This document shows, one piece after another, positions 1 to 14,020 of a stretch of 64,000 bases of DNA; within the stretch, counting starts at the first letter, position 1, and each line of letters starts with the position of its first letter. Below the pieces are notes generated by a model. That model did not search any database, had not been told where the DNA came from, and was given only the letters and a program-made list of their open reading frames with translations. Position numbers and translations under genes: made by a program. Source of the stretch: Octopus vulgaris (Eukaryota). The DNA is taken from NCBI GenBank assembly GCA_951406725.2, contig OX597832.1, forward strand, positions 46,624,001 to 46,688,000, given 5' to 3'.

Positions 1-200
1 AGTGAAATTGGGTAGCCGCAAACTAAGTACAAGCAGGTACCTGCAATTCAAAATCACATCGTTGTCACTGATTCTACCCCCGACTTATGATATGGGTATA
101 CTTGTCTGTGGAATGTTCAGGAATTTGCACTCAAATTCAATGAGCTGGCAGTTCGCTTGATCGAACAACAAATCAATAATCATTAACGAAAACGACGGAG
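1..200 (+). mobile_element. Degenerate SINE 3' tail (tail X), cut by the window edge
   Basis: gtacctgcaattcaaa...gtctgtggaatgttcag...cgacggag is a diverged match to the tails at 3074-3255 and 8263-8448. Confidence 0.55.
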
Positions 201-726
201 ATCCTTCGAAGCATATATCATAAAACGTGTCAGCCATTTCTTCCTCCTTTTTTTTACGTATGGAAGAAAATTACAAAAAGATTCAGACCAAGGCCAATTA
301 ACCGACAACACATTAACAAAATTATTGCCTTCGCAAGGGGAACAATTTATGCAAAAAAACGAAGCAATTGCTAAATATTGTATGAAAATGATAACACGTA
401 TGATCCTTAATTAACACATTGTATCATTACGACTATTATTGATCATGATGTATAGAAATGTATTCCTCATTAGTAATTACATCAAACCCCTACTTTTCTG
501 CTTTCAGTTGTTTTCTGGTACCACAATTGGTTTTTTAACATTATCATACAACTGCGGCAATAAGTGTGCCATATTTTTGTTGGTGTTCAACTACAAATCG
601 GTTACTCCGACAAACCGAAAATGAATTTCCCTTAAATGCTAACTATGGATGGCTATCAATATTGGAATGGGAGAAATCGTAAATAGAAGCAATAACAACA
701 TAGAGAACAGGAGAATAAGGGAAACA

Positions 727-852
727 TTATCATCATCATCATCATTATCATCGTCATCATCATCATCATCATCGTCCTCGTCGTCGTAGTCATCGTCATC
801 ATCATCAATATTATTATTATTATCATTATTATTATAATAGTAGTAATAGTAT

Positions 853-888
<36 letters not shown>

Positions 889-1030
889 GAGTAGCAATTG
901 ATGGAGTAGTAGTAGTAGTAGTAGTAGTAGTAGGAGGAGGAGGAGGAGGAGCAATTGTTGTAGTAGTAGTAGTAGGAGGAGGAGGTGGAGTAGCAATTGT
1001 TGTAGTAGTAGTAGTAGTAGTAGTAGTAGT
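727..1030. repeat. Compound trinucleotide microsatellite (ATC/ATT/AGT/AGG)n
   Basis: Direct inspection. Confidence 0.95.
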
Positions 1031-1519
1031 AATTACTGTTTGTGTTCTTTTAGTTACTGTTTGCTGTTATTGTCCACAATTTTTTCCATTCTATTTTCTC
1101 TACTTCTCGGGAGGCCATGCTAAAACAATAATTGACAGGTACAAAAAAAAAATAAAAGCGACAAAGTAATCTGGTTCAAAGCTGAACTACTGAAGAGACA
1201 TAATTAACCATCCATGAAATAGCTGGAACGGAACCATGAATGGCTCGTCAAGAATAATAATATACAGCAAATACTCAACAACTATGTTTCACAACATGCT
1301 TGTCTACGACGCTGTTTGGACAACACTGTCTCACAAATAAAAAGCAACATGAATCTGAAAGGATACGGATATGTCGATGTAGACCTGCTACTGAGTGACA
1401 TAGCTATTGCAGAACACTCTACATATGGGATGAAGTGCGTGTACATACGGTATCTATCGACCTTATAATAATCAGACATATTAAAGAATCTAACGATATA
1501 TATACGTATATATTTATAT

Positions 1520-1742
1520 ATGAAACAGGGACAACTAATGAAGGGGAAAAATTTTTATGTTGCACGTCTCGTTTCTCTGTTTGTTTGTTTTTTCGTTGTT
1601 ACAAAATAACGTTCGTTTCTGATTTTGTTTTTATGTTTTCGTTTCTCCTTGTGTCCAAAGTTTTCTTGATGTTCTGTACCCATATATGCATGTATATATA
1701 CATATATATGTAGCTATGAACATATATGTATATATGCATATG
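1520..1742 (+). repeat. Dispersed repeat family G (second copy about 9333-9560)
   Basis: Both copies share ttttgtttttatgttttcgtttctc...ctgtacccatatatgcatgtat. Confidence 0.65.
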
Positions 1743-1787
1743 CTCTCTGACCAAACCACTACCTTAGGTAGTGGTTTGGTCAGAGAG
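1743..1787. repeat. Perfect palindrome, 22-bp arms with 1-nt spacer
   Basis: ctctctgaccaaaccactacct-t-aggtagtggtttggtcagagag. Confidence 0.95.
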
Positions 1788-2354
1788 TAAAAGTTAGATC
1801 GGTTAGGCAACTAGAAACACTCCCGCTGACAGTATACATATTCTGATGAAAATTTTATAGGAAATTCAGTTTACAAACATGACAATATTAACATCAGGAA
1901 ATTAAGAACACTATTTGGTGTTAAATAACCAGAATTAAGTAAATGCCAACTTGGAAATCTAAAGGAGTTAACTAGAATATACCACATATTTGAGAAACAG
2001 AGAAAAATAGTAATACATATATTATTAAATTAATATTTAATACAGAGACACGTTTGATATAATAGCGTGATAATTATCGACACACTATTTGTTCAAGCAA
2101 TAAGGTATAGTCATAATCTTGTCAACTTGACGCTTACTTAATATAGGAATAAAATAATGACTGCGTTAGTGAAAATTCGATATATCCATTATGAGCTCTA
2201 AACACTAAGAGCATATCAAGAAAGAGAATGCGAAATGTATATAGATATGAAGACAATCGACCGCAGTCTTTCTACCCGTACTGTCTTAACGAAAAGAGAA
2301 TATATGAGAAAGCAAATCATGCCTTTAGGAAACATCGACAAGGAAGATGCAATC

Positions 2355-2692
2355 CGTATCAGGACAATTACCACCACTAGGGCAATTACTCACCATAGGA
2401 CAATTACACACTATAGGACAATTACACACCACAAGACAATTACCACCACTAGGGCAATTACTCACCATAGGACAATTACACACCACAAGACAATTACTCA
2501 CCATAGGACAATTACTCACCGTAGGACAATTGCCCCGACCACAACTACCCCTAGGAAAATTACCCCCGCCACTTAGTTAATTACTCCCTCTCTAATATAT
2601 TAAGAAGTTTTAAGTCATCATCTGTTGTCCTCAGAGGTAATTGCTCTTGGGGATTATTGTCCTTGTGGTGTGGGGGTAAATATCCTAGACGC
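2355..2692. mobile_element. MITE/foldback-like element with subterminal 18-21 bp tandem repeats
   Basis: About a dozen ggacaattac... units at 2361-2570; degenerate inverted units (gtaattgctc, attattgtcc, gggggtaaatatcc) at 2620-2690. Confidence 0.55.
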
Positions 2693-2948
2693 AGTACAAT
2701 CGCACTAGAGACACAGAAATTTTTAATTGGTGTATAGTATACTAAGAGTTGAGAGAGCATATCATTGATGGGGTCGCTAATGGCAATGAAAGGGCGTTGG
2801 CAAATTTAGGCGATTGATTGACTGACCGAAAGATGAATCCAGCAACCGATTACTGAATTGGTTAACCAATTAAGAAATATTAAGCATTGCTTCAGAAACG
2901 GTGTGCGTGTTTGTTATTGGCATAATGACCATTCCTAAATACAATAGT

Positions 2949-3255
2949 GAAGGCGCGTGGCTTAGTGGTTAGGGCATTCGGCTCACGATTGTCAGGTCGT
3001 GAGTTCAATTCCCGGCGGCGCGCTGTATCCTTGAGCAAGACACTTTATTTCATGTTACTGGCAAAAATGAGTAGTACCTGTATTTCAAAGGACCAGCCTT
3101 GTCACGCTCTGTGTCACGCTGGATCTCCCTGAGAACTGCATTAGGGGTACACGTGTCTGTGGATTGCTCAGTCACTTGTACTTTAATTTCACGAGCAGGC
3201 TGTTCCGTTGATCGTATCAGCTGGGACCCTCGTCGTCGTAACCGACGGAGTGCTC
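2949..3255 (+). mobile_element. tRNA-derived CORE-type SINE (head D, tail X)
   Basis: A box tggcttagtgg, B box gagttcaattcc, CORE-like tccttgagcaagacactt; tail shared with 8064-8451. Confidence 0.85.
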
Positions 3256-3748
3256 CTATCCTAGAAGTACAAAAAAATAATGTTTCAAAACTCTAATCCA
3301 CTCAAAGATTCTTACAAAGCGAAATAAAAAAAAACAACATAATACATATATGAATATCAATTTTAATCTACCAGGCCACTATGAAATGTAATACGTTGTA
3401 ACGGATTTTTAAATTTCAGCAGCTAACAAATTATGTGTAAACCGAATGCAAAAATTAGCCAAATACATTTTAAAATGAAAACTAGATATAACTAGAATCC
3501 TGTATTGAAAAAATATGATCCACTAGAAATCGATTAAAGATTCCATACTTAATCAAAATCCCATATTGTCTGAATTTACACAGTGTAGATACCAACACTA
3601 AGAGCTCTTGTTCTATGATAATGTTACGAAGACTTGTTTAAGAACAGTGGAAATATCATATATGCAAGATACATGACAGACTATTAGGTTATTCTACGAA
3701 CGTACAAAATAAAGAATTATTATCATTTTTATTACATTATTTCTTTTT

Positions 3749-3980
3749 TCTCTTTATTGCCCACAAGGGGCTAAACATAGAGGGGACAAACAAGGACAGA
3801 CAAATGGATTAAGTCGATTACATCGACCCCAGAGCGTAACTGGTACTTAATTTATCGACCCGAAAGGATAAAAGGCAAAGTCGACCTCAGCGGAATTTGA
3901 ACTCAGAACGTAACGGCAGACAAAATACCGCTAAGCATTTCGCCCGGCGTGCTAACGGTTATGCTTGCTCGGTGCCTTAA
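3749..3980 (-). mobile_element. SINE-B, Tx1-like tail subfamily, full length
   Basis: Conserved gtcgactttgcctttnatcctttcgggtcgataaattaagtacc core on the minus strand; tail ...agccccttgtgggcaataaaga. Confidence 0.9.
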
Positions 3981-4006
3981 ATTAACTTTATATAATACAC
4001 TGTCTT

Positions 4007-4150
4007 AAGGTGGCGAGCTAGCAGAATCGTTACCGCGCCTTTCAGCCTTTCATACGTTCCAGGTCGATAAAATAAGTACCAGCTGTGCACTAGGGTTGAT
4101 GTAATTGACTAACCCCGCCTCCCATATTTCAGGCCTTGTACCAGAAATTG
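4007..4150 (+). mobile_element. SINE-B, internally deleted, head-to-head with the previous copy
   Basis: ggtggcgagctagcagaatcgtta head; gtcgataaaataagtaccag core. Confidence 0.75.
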
Positions 4151-4477
4151 AGATAAAAAAAATATAATGTGATATTTATTTGATTTCCATATCGGAAATG
4201 TATTTAAAATGTCAGAAATTTTTAATTGGTTTTTCCCTGATAATATAACACAATATTTTCTATTTCATATGTGATATTTCCGTATTATATTTCATATTTA
4301 GGATGTTTTCATATTATATTTCCTACGAAAAAATTAAATATTCAGAATATAATTCAATATCTGAAAATATTTATCAGACCCGGCGTTTAAAATATTCGTT
4401 TTTTATTTGGTTATTAATACATTTTCTTTATTCAATATCATAAATATAAATATATGAGCCTATGTCCCATTTGTTTA

Positions 4478-4650
<173 letters not shown>

Positions 4651-5123
4651 GTTTGTGTATATAGTAATTGTTAAGGTGACTTGTACTTTAAAACAATACG
4701 TGGTGTGTTTTAGTAGCAATGTTCTGTGTCGTTTCATTCAATTGCCCATTGAAATATATTTTATTTCTCTCGTAATAAAACTTACGCGCCACAATGTTTT
4801 TAAGAATTTGTGATTTTAAAAATGAGGATTTTCTTTAATTTCAACAAATACAACTCAGATAATTTTTTTTTATTTCAGTGTGAAAATAAGCGTGTCCCTT
4901 TTTATTGTATTAATAAAATAATATTACAGATGCACAAGCACGCTCATACAAATTTACCGAGTTATATTCAGAATGCTAAGGTTTAATGTCGTCTATTTTC
5001 TGAATAAATTGTTTCTAGTACAATCTTCGATGAAGAATTAAGGTGCACACCCCATTTAGATGCAGCTATGGTGGTGATAATGAATGACTGATAGAATGCA
5101 TCAATTATAAAATACATCTATGG

Positions 5124-5209
<86 letters not shown>

Positions 5210-5261
5210 GTCTGTCTTTCTATCTATCTATCGATCGATCTATCTCTATCTATCTCTCTCT

Positions 5262-5690
5262 CCGCTCAGTCGAAGTTGACTCTCGGCTACTCGTTGGATC
5301 AGTGTCCTCCAGCCAGTTCTACCGTGGGTCGCTTCTTTCAGATTGTCAATTCCCGTGTCACTCTTGATGGTGTAAAGCCAGCGGGTTCTTGGTCGGCCTC
5401 TTCCTCTCTTGCCACTGACCATTCCGAGTATGATGCCCTTCTCCAGGGATTTTCTCCACATAATATGACCAAAATATGTCAACCTATGCTTGGTGATCCT
5501 AGCTTCTAGCGATAGTTTCGACTTGATCAAGTTAAGAACTTCTCCATTGGTGAGCCTCACTGTCCATGGAATCCGTAAATGTCTTCTCCAACACCAAAGC
5601 TCGAAAGCATTAATTCTCTTCTGGTCAGCTTTCTTTAGTGTCCAGGTCTCGCATCCATATGTTGCTATTGAGAAGATGAACATATCGTCA
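5262..5690 (-). mobile_element. RTE-clade LINE 3' fragment (RT C-terminus) running into (GA)n/(GATA)n
   Basis: YGCETWT...AFELWCWRR.LRIPW...YFGHI...GKRGRGRPRTRW motifs typical of RTE/BovB ORF ends. Confidence 0.9.
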
Positions 5691-5695
5691 GCCAT

Positions 5696-5871
5696 CAAGG
5701 GACAAGCTCAACTGGTTAAGGTCAAACAACTGACGAGTAAATCTGTGGTATTGAGCAGAATACTTGCTGTAGCCAATCTTTTGTATCAAGACAAAACAAC
5801 TTACATGATAACACTTCCAATCAGTTGAGATCAGAAGACATGAGAGCCACTGCTTGGTACTGCATCAGGTC

Positions 5872-5943
<72 letters not shown>
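5696..5943 (+). mobile_element. Retroelement 3' end with (ATT)n tail (second copy 24598-24720)
   Basis: ctcaactggttaaggtcaa...aaatctgtggta...ataacacttccaatc occurs twice; the first copy ends in (ATT)n. Confidence 0.6.
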
Positions 5944-5944
<1 letters not shown>

Positions 5945-5949
5945 TAATT

Positions 5950-6142
5950 TGCTGGGAAAATCTGAAATTTAGTTGAAGGGACTAGTCGATTATATCACTA
6001 TCAGGTACTTGATTGCTACTTATTTCATCGACCCTAAAATGACGAAAGGCGATGTAAACCTAGCCGGCATTTGACCCCAGAACATAACGACAGACGAAAT
6101 ACCACTAAGTAGTTTGTTCGTCGTGCAAACGAATCTGCCAGT
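5950..6142 (-). mobile_element. Old SINE-B copy
   Basis: Diverged match to SINE-B core and head (gacgaaataccactaag). Confidence 0.7.
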
Positions 6143-6722
6143 AATGTTTTCTAATAATAATAAAATTATAAGCATAATATCAGAAATTACATTACGGAAA
6201 TTTGATTAAGATATGTGACTTTTATCACCTATAATTAAACAAAGCGAGTTTTGAAATTGCATACCGGAACTACATCAAGTTATTGATTTTGATAAAGTTC
6301 AAATATAAAATTCATTGAACAAACTGTAAAAGCAGGCAAGCAAGAAATAGCTGAGATGACAAAATGTGAGGATTACCATGAACCTTCGCCCTTAACGTCT
6401 GAACAATCGTGATACAAGCATACTTAAAACGACATATGATTCAAGAAGATAAATATCAAACTAAGAGCTAGAATCAACGCCAGAAATGTTTCTTGCTCTC
6501 TAACGTTCTACTTATATACAACTTTATCTATCGCAAACTCTGCATCTCAACAGATTTTTGTAGGTGATGTACAGCACATATGTGACCGCTATCAATACAT
6601 CTAGACCATAACAACCTCACTTCTGTAAGGACAAATAAGTCCTGGGGTCGATGTACTCGACTAAAGGTAGTGCTCCAGCATGGTCGCATTACTGAAACAA
6701 GTAAAAGAGTAAAAAGAGAGAG

Positions 6723-6774
<52 letters not shown>

Positions 6775-7113
6775 TATATACTGAGAGAGAGAGAGTGGGG
6801 GACGAATAGAAATATGTATATGAGTATATATGAATGTATAATGTATGCCTTATACGCTGATACTTTATATTAAAGAGCTTAAGCTAACTTCGAAATCATG
6901 GGGTGTCGGTTCTTGATTTCGCTGCAGTATATCTTGAGCAGATCTAATGTTCCTTTGCCCCCTGTCTTCGTATACATTATGGGACAAAACTGGTTGGACA
7001 TATATGAGGGATAGCAGTTTATCATATCTAGCATTAAGAACGACAACCATTTCCCCAACAATGAATAGTTGTTGTTTTTCTGCCAAATTGCATTGTATAC
7101 ATGATTACTGATG

Positions 7114-7162
<49 letters not shown>

Positions 7163-8063
7163 TTGTATTTTCCACTAAATCATTTTTTTTTAAACGTATA
7201 TGCTCTATTAGATGATTGCTTTCTCGTACACACCAAAACAAACGCACAAACACTTTATATATACATACATATATATATAGATACATATATATATATATAT
7301 ATATACATACATATATATATACATTTATACATACATATATATATATAAATATATACATATATATATATACATATATATATATACACACAATATATATATA
7401 TATATATATATACACACAATATATATATATGTACACACTTGTTTTTATATAAATGGCTACATATTTGTATTATATATATATATATATATAGATGATATAT
7501 ATGATTTTATATATACGAGTGTACATACACACCTGCACACCCACCCACACATATATGTATATATGTATGCATATATCGTGATGTATACTATATGTGACGT
7601 TTTCTGACATAAATAACTTATATATCATACACCTCACCATAATTGGCTATCAACGAACAAATGATAAACATCCTCATCAATCATGGCTTTACCATTGTTA
7701 TTGAGACCGTTTACACTTAGCGCCATCAATTGTAGTTTGACTCTGCGATTTCAAGTGTTTGGTGTTCGTCTCATCGGTCTACATCAACTCATCTCTTAAT
7801 ATCTCTGTATATGTCCTACATAACTCCATCACATCTCCTTCTCTCTTACTGTCAGTTTGCCCGTCACTCTCCAACCACCTCTGTTCTTTCATCTCTCCCT
7901 CTATCTCGTACACACACTTTCTCTGCCTCTCCGTCTCATACACATTTTTTCTCTCTCTCTTCTCTCTCTCTCTCTCACCGATATACACATTTTTTTTCTC
8001 TCTTCTCTCTATCTCTTCTCTCTCTCTCTCTCACCGATTGCAGTGGCCTTAGTATTCATACGT

Positions 8064-8451
8064 GGAGGCGCAATGGCCCAGTGGTTAGGGCAGCGGAATC
8101 GCGGTCATAGGATCGCGGTTTCGATTCCCAAACCGGGCGTTGTGAGTGTTTATTGAGCGAAAACACCTAAAAAGCTCCACGAGGCTCCGGCAGGGGATGG
8201 TTGTGATCCCTGCTGTACTCTTTCACCACAACTTTCTCTCACTCTTACTTCCTATTTCTGTTGTACCTGTATTTCAAAGGACCGGCCTTGTCACTCTCTG
8301 TGTCACGCTGAATATCCCCGAGAACTACGTTAAGGGTACACGTGTCTGTGGAGTGCTCAGCCACTTACACGTTAATTTCACGAGCAGGCTGTTCCGTTGA
8401 TTCGGATCAACCGGAGCCCTCGTCGTCGTAACCGACGGAGAGCTTCCATCC
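8064..8451 (+). mobile_element. tRNA-derived SINE (head C, tail X) with 14-bp TSD
   Basis: A box tggcccagtgg, B box ggtttcgattcc; agtattcatacgtg at 8051-8064 and 8452-8465. Confidence 0.92.
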
Positions 8452-8956
8452 AGTATTCATACGTGAGAGTAGCAATAACTCTAATTTTTTTTCATCTTGC
8501 CCTTATTTACAGATTTTCCGCTCAACCCCGATGTTTTTGTCTTAACCGGCGGCGTTTAGTAAAACACAATCCCCCCAAAAAATCGTGTTAATACAAAAAC
8601 CAAACCCTTCTCCACACTCCCCAACCGAGCATTTAATATTCTGTAGAAATTTATTTACGTCTGGAGATCATGTTTATGCATACAAGCAAACAAACACACA
8701 CACACACACACACACACCACACACGCATATATATGTATGTATGATTGGATGAATGGGTGAATGGATGGATGGATGGATAGATAGGTAGATAGATTGATAG
8801 ACAGACAGACAGACAAATAGACAGACTAACAGAGAACTAGGTAAATGTGTGTGTGTATGTGTGTGTGCTAAAGGGTAAGCCGTAGAGAAAAAAATTCATT
8901 TATAAATGAATACATTTAAATATTATATATTTTATAAATAATATATATATATATAC

Positions 8957-9326
8957 AGTGGCTGTGTGGTAAGTAGCTTGTTTACCAACCACATGGTACC
9001 GGGTTTAGTCCCACTGCGTGGCACCTTAGGCATGTCTCTTCTACTATAGCCTCGGGCCGACCAAAGCCTTGTGAGTGGATTTGGTAGACGGAAACTGAAA
9101 GAAGCCCGTCGTATGTATGTATATATGTGTATATGTGTGTGTGCATGTATGTTTGTGTTTGTCCCCCTAGCATTGCTTGACAACCGATGCTGGTGTGTTT
9201 ATGTCCCCGTCACTTAGCGGTTCGGCAAAAGAGAATAAGTCCCGGGGTCGAGTTGCTCGACTAAAAGGCGGTGCTCCACCATGGCCGCAGTCAAATGACT
9301 GAAACAAGTAAAAGAGTAAAAGAGTA
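8957..9326 (+). mobile_element. SINE-A with internal (TA/TG)n and a small internal deletion
   Basis: gtggctgtgtggtaagtagcttg head; gactgaaacaagtaaaagagtaaaagag tail. Confidence 0.92.
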
Positions 9327-10182
9327 ATATATACGAAGCAGAGGCGGCTGAAGAAGAGGAATTTTCCTTGTTTTGTATGTCTTGTCCTCTGTTTTTCGTT
9401 GTTTATGTCCGTTTCCTTGGTTTTGTTTTTATGTTTTCGTTTCTCATCGTGTTCGACGTTTTTTTTTTTTTGGTGTCCTGTACCCATATATGCATGTATG
9501 TATACTTTTAGATGTAGGTACGTACATTTATGTATGTATATATGCATATGTTTTATTTATTATTTTGTTATTATATGATGGAACGCCATGCATCCACTTC
9601 CAAATAAGTTTTATATATACACATACATATATATATATCTCTATATATATATACATACACAGACACACAGACACACACACTCATAGGTGTATTTGTGTGT
9701 GTATTTACTATACGTATTTTTGTTTGCATAAGTTTGAATGATTTTTATGTGTGTTTATATCTGTGTCTTACCTATTTTCATTCTACACGGTTTCTGTGTT
9801 AAAGCTATTTCCTAATCATGAATACAATATTTCGTTGTAACTTAGTTATTCCTGAAAACCTGATATTATTTTATATCACATGCCTGATTCTATTTCCTGA
9901 TGTTTCTATTGTTGCAATTAACTTTATCGTTGTATTTCGTGATGATTTGCACTAATTTACCGCTGGGAAATACTCGATCTCGTCTGCGATAAGTAAAAAT
10001 ATAAGGAAATAATTAGAGAGTTTACTGGTTCGTTTGATTTGGTTACTAACTGTTGAGTTGATAAGTAGAGAATTGGCTTGAATTATTTGTATATCTGTTT
10101 AAGTTTTTCCATGTCTAGCCGCCTACCTGTCTCCCTGTCAACTGACATCTTTCTTTCGCTTTCACAACATCACTTTGTGTAT

Positions 10183-10223
<41 letters not shown>

Positions 10224-10267
10224 GCACACACACACACACACATATGCAATCCATACTTTAAGTAAAC

Positions 10268-11157
10268 ATTGGTTTCAAAATTTGGCACAAGACCAGCAGT
10301 TTTGGGGAAGGAGTTAAGTCGATGACATCAACCCCAAGGAAGATCTGGTCCTTATTTCCTTCTTCCGGGGGTCGCTGAAATAAGTAACAGTTGAGTCCTG
10401 GGATAAGTCCAATTGACTAGCTTTCAACCCCGAAAGGGATGAAAGGCAAAGTCGATCTCAGCGGCATTTGAACCCAAAATGTACAGACTGGGAGAAAATT
10501 CCACTAAGTATTTTGCCCGGTGTACTAACAGTTCTTCCATCTTTCCGTGTTACTTTAAATATTGGTTTCAAATTTTTACACAAGGCCAGGAACTTTGGCG
10601 GAGGGCGTAAGTCGATTACATTGACCCCAGCAAAGAACTGGTACTTAGTTTTTCAATCCCGAAAGGGATAAAAGGAAAAGACGAAATGGGCAGCACGTAA
10701 ATCCACAACGTACAGACACGCGAAATGCTGTTGGGCAGTTGTCCCTGCGTGCTAACGATTCTCATTTCTTTATTACCTACAAGGGGATAAACATAGAAGG
10801 GACAAACAAGGACATACAAAGGGATAAGTCGATTACATCGACCCCAGTGTGTAACTGCTACTTAATTTATCGACCCCGAAATGATGAAAGGCAATTCAAC
10901 TTCAGCGGAATTCGATCTCAGAACGTAACGGCAGACGAAATACCTATTTCTTTACTACCCAGAAGGGGCTAAACACAGAAGGGACAAACAAGGACAGACA
11001 AAGGGATTAAGTCGATTACATCGACCCCAGTGCATAACTGGTACTTAATTTATCGACCCCGAAAGGATGAAAGGCAAAGTCGACCTCGGCGGATGTTGAA
11101 CTCAGAACGCTAAGCATTTCGGCCGGCATGCTAACGATTCTGCAATCTCACCGCCTT
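10268..11157 (-). mobile_element. Cluster of four tandem or nested SINE-B copies
   Basis: Four ...ccccgaaa.gat.aaagg.aa cores; two carry the Tx1-like tail (about 10773-10944 and 10945-11157). Confidence 0.85.
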
Positions 11158-11734
11158 ACTTTAAATATATATTGCAAGTGTGAAAGAGACGTTCGTAATT
11201 CCAAGTCAGAGTGGACGTCTTAGACTTCCTCCAGTGTTGATATTGTCAACTTAGATGACAACTACATAATTTTATAGAGGAATAATTGGGTAATAAAGGT
11301 CGACCTTCTTAAAAGTATATCACAAACGGTGTTGTATAGGGTGTTGTATACTGTCAGGAAGTCTTAAACTTTTAAAGGATATGCGTGGCAAATAAATCGT
11401 ACTCCTTGAATGAAAAACGATTAGAGAGTGGCGTGCATTGTGATAGCTGGCGCTATTTTAAACTGCCGTCAGTCATGTAACAATTTCTCACAGTGCTGCC
11501 ACTAAGTGCATATATGTTCTTGTACATAGCCACTCCCGAAACACAGAGGCTTAAATTTCTACCACCACAACCAACAAAAACACCAGTAACAGAAAAAATG
11601 CAAGTTTTTCTGCCGCCTGAACGGCAAAAATAATGACAGGTGAAGTGGACTATCAAATTTCTGGACGGTAGCGCGAGTTCGCATTACGTTGTGAGGTACA
11701 GGTGCTTAGTGGTGGTGATATACATATGTGTGTG

Positions 11735-11835
<101 letters not shown>

Positions 11836-11840
11836 GGATG

Positions 11841-11904
<64 letters not shown>

Positions 11905-12941
11905 TGTTTCTTTATTAGCCACACAGGGCTGCACACAGATAGAACAAATTACAAGGTAGAGCTTTTCTTTTGAAGGTTTAAAAAAAAAATAATAATAATA
12001 ATAATAATAATAAAATAAAAAATAAAATAAAATAAAAAAGGGGGGGTCGATCAAAAGGGATCGTAAAAGGAGAGAAAGAAGACAAAAAAAAAGGGGGGGT
12101 TAAAAAAAAGGGGGAGAGGAAAAAAATTTATCAATAGGGATCGTTATCACAGAAATGTCAATATGAAGTGTAAAGGGGAGGACAGGTGAGGTTTACCCGT
12201 GGAAAGAAAAGCCTACGGAAAAGACCACGGTAACCTCGGTCAATGAAGTCACATGTTATATTTCTTTTTTTTTTTTTGCAAATAAGCAACTCTCTGTATT
12301 AATTTTTACGGTTCATAGAATCATAGTCAAGGTGGCTTCGTCATTCATACGTGCCATCCTTGCTACATTCACCCATCTTTTTTTAAAACATTCACTAGAC
12401 AAAACTTGCCTCTCTACTCTCACTTTTTTCTTCAAGTGATACTTGAAGAAGTTGATGAGAGATTGACCAGAGAGGAAAGTGTTTGTCTCTAATCCTTTCA
12501 GACGCGTCCACCAGATACATTCTTTCGCCATAGCCACAAGTATGATAAAAATAGCTCTTCCTTCCCGTTTGAAGGAAGGAGGCGTGACGATATTAACGAT
12601 AGACTCGGCTGATAAACCGACACGTCCCACACGTGACAGCAGTCGTTCGACATAAGCCCACAGGTGGGAAATTGCTGGACACTGCACGATTGCGTGCAGA
12701 GCGGTTTCGTCGCTCTGCACGCATCTCGGGCAGGTCGGCCCCGTGTTTCTCGAGCCATGCCTATAGAGCTTATCCCGAACGGGTAGCGCTTCTCGGTAGC
12801 ACCGCCAGGCCAGGGATCTCTGGAAGTTGTCCATAGGTCCCGGGCCGAAAGTCGTTTGAAACAGGTGGGTCAGGTATTCCTCGTCGACGCCCAGGTGTGC
12901 CTCGAGCTCGTCGTCGTACCTCCCCTCCACTAATCCCCTAT
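11905..12941 (-). mobile_element. Tx1/L1-clade LINE, 5'-truncated, inside (GATA)n
   Basis: ORF 12313-12930 has a zf-RVT-type CPRC...ET..H....C motif and W..R; 3' UTR ends aataaagaaaca; (TAGA)n on both flanks. Confidence 0.9.
12313..12930 (-). pseudogene. C-terminal fragment of Tx1 ORF2 (zinc-binding region after RT)
   Basis: LAWRCYREALPVRDKL...TCPRCVQSDETALHAIVQCP...LW...IWWTRL; uninterrupted frame, no RT or EN domain. Confidence 0.85.
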
Positions 12942-12993
<52 letters not shown>

Positions 12994-12998
12994 TTAGT

Positions 12999-13086
<88 letters not shown>

Positions 13087-13707
13087 TCCTCTGTTGCAGA
13101 ATATTCTAAGTCTAATTATGATAATGCATTGAAGTATGAGCTCTGGGAGTGATTATATATCACTAAAACAGTTAGTTCATGAAAATCCTTGTCTCACTTC
13201 CTTCTTGAATGATGTAAAGCCATTTGAATTGAACTTACGTCTTTAATAAACCACATGAAAAGAGTGAATGAATTAAGATGGAATATTTAGTGTAATGGCT
13301 CTATATTCTCAGTTGAAAACTCCCTTGCGAACAATTATACGTCTTTCGTTATAACGTTAGTGATCTATAAAATAAATTACCCACCAAGAATGGGAAATAT
13401 AATTCACCCATTCCTTCCCCGTAAGAATGATAGCTCGGTACTTTTGTGAGAAATCCTTATAGTTTTCTTCTTTTAGACCGTAACAGTGTTATAATCGTTG
13501 TGATTCGTAGAAAATGACTTGAGGTATTTGATTACATTCCTAGAATTTATCACTACAAAGGTTCACTGCTGCATATCAGGTTGTCGCACTTTCTCGTTTG
13601 ATCACATATAGACAAGTAATACACCCACATCCAAATTTTCAATTGCAACTATCGTCTAAGAAATGTAGCCATGTCTTAATGTTCACAAATAAAACGTTGT
13701 CATTAAA

Positions 13708-14020
13708 AATATTCTTTTCTACTCTATGCACAAGGCCCGAAATTTTGGAAGCGGAGGGCCAATCGATTATATCGACCCCAGTACGCAAATAGTACTTATT
13801 TAATAGACCCCGAAAGGATGAAAGACAAAGTCGACCTCGGTGGAATTTGAACTCAGAGCGTTACGGCAGACGAAATACCTATTTCTTTACTACCCACAAG
13901 GGGGTAAACACAGAGAGGACAAACAAGGACAGACAAACGGATTAAGTCGATTATATCGACCCCAGAGCGTAACTGGTACTTATTTAATCGACCCCGAAAG
14001 GATGAAAGGTAAAGTCGACC
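13708..14020 (-). mobile_element. SINE-B pair: Tx1-tailed copy joined to an older copy
   Basis: Junction gacgaaatacc|tatttctttactaccc at 13879/13880. Confidence 0.85.

Noticed and set aside
1520-1545. Permuted hammerhead in family G (gaaac...ctaatga, and ctgaaga at 9348)
   Set aside because: No UH site or paired stems in either copy.
2361-2575. Repeat array resembling CRISPR, and ORF 2235-2576
   Set aside because: Units of 18-21 bp with recurring, non-unique variable parts; no cas genes; eukaryotic context; ORFs open in several frames because of the repeat.
6270-6600. CR1/L2-like RT remnant (DFDKV ... FVGD)
   Set aside because: Only two short degenerate motifs; cannot be supported without a profile search.
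8064-8140. tRNA gene (also heads at 2949, 18364 and 45784)
   Set aside because: A and B boxes are present, but there is no complete cloverleaf and each continues into a SINE body.
11430-11710. Possible host exon (complex sequence with a cag acceptor-like site)
   Set aside because: No recognisable protein in the frames examined and no partner exons; would need RNA-seq.
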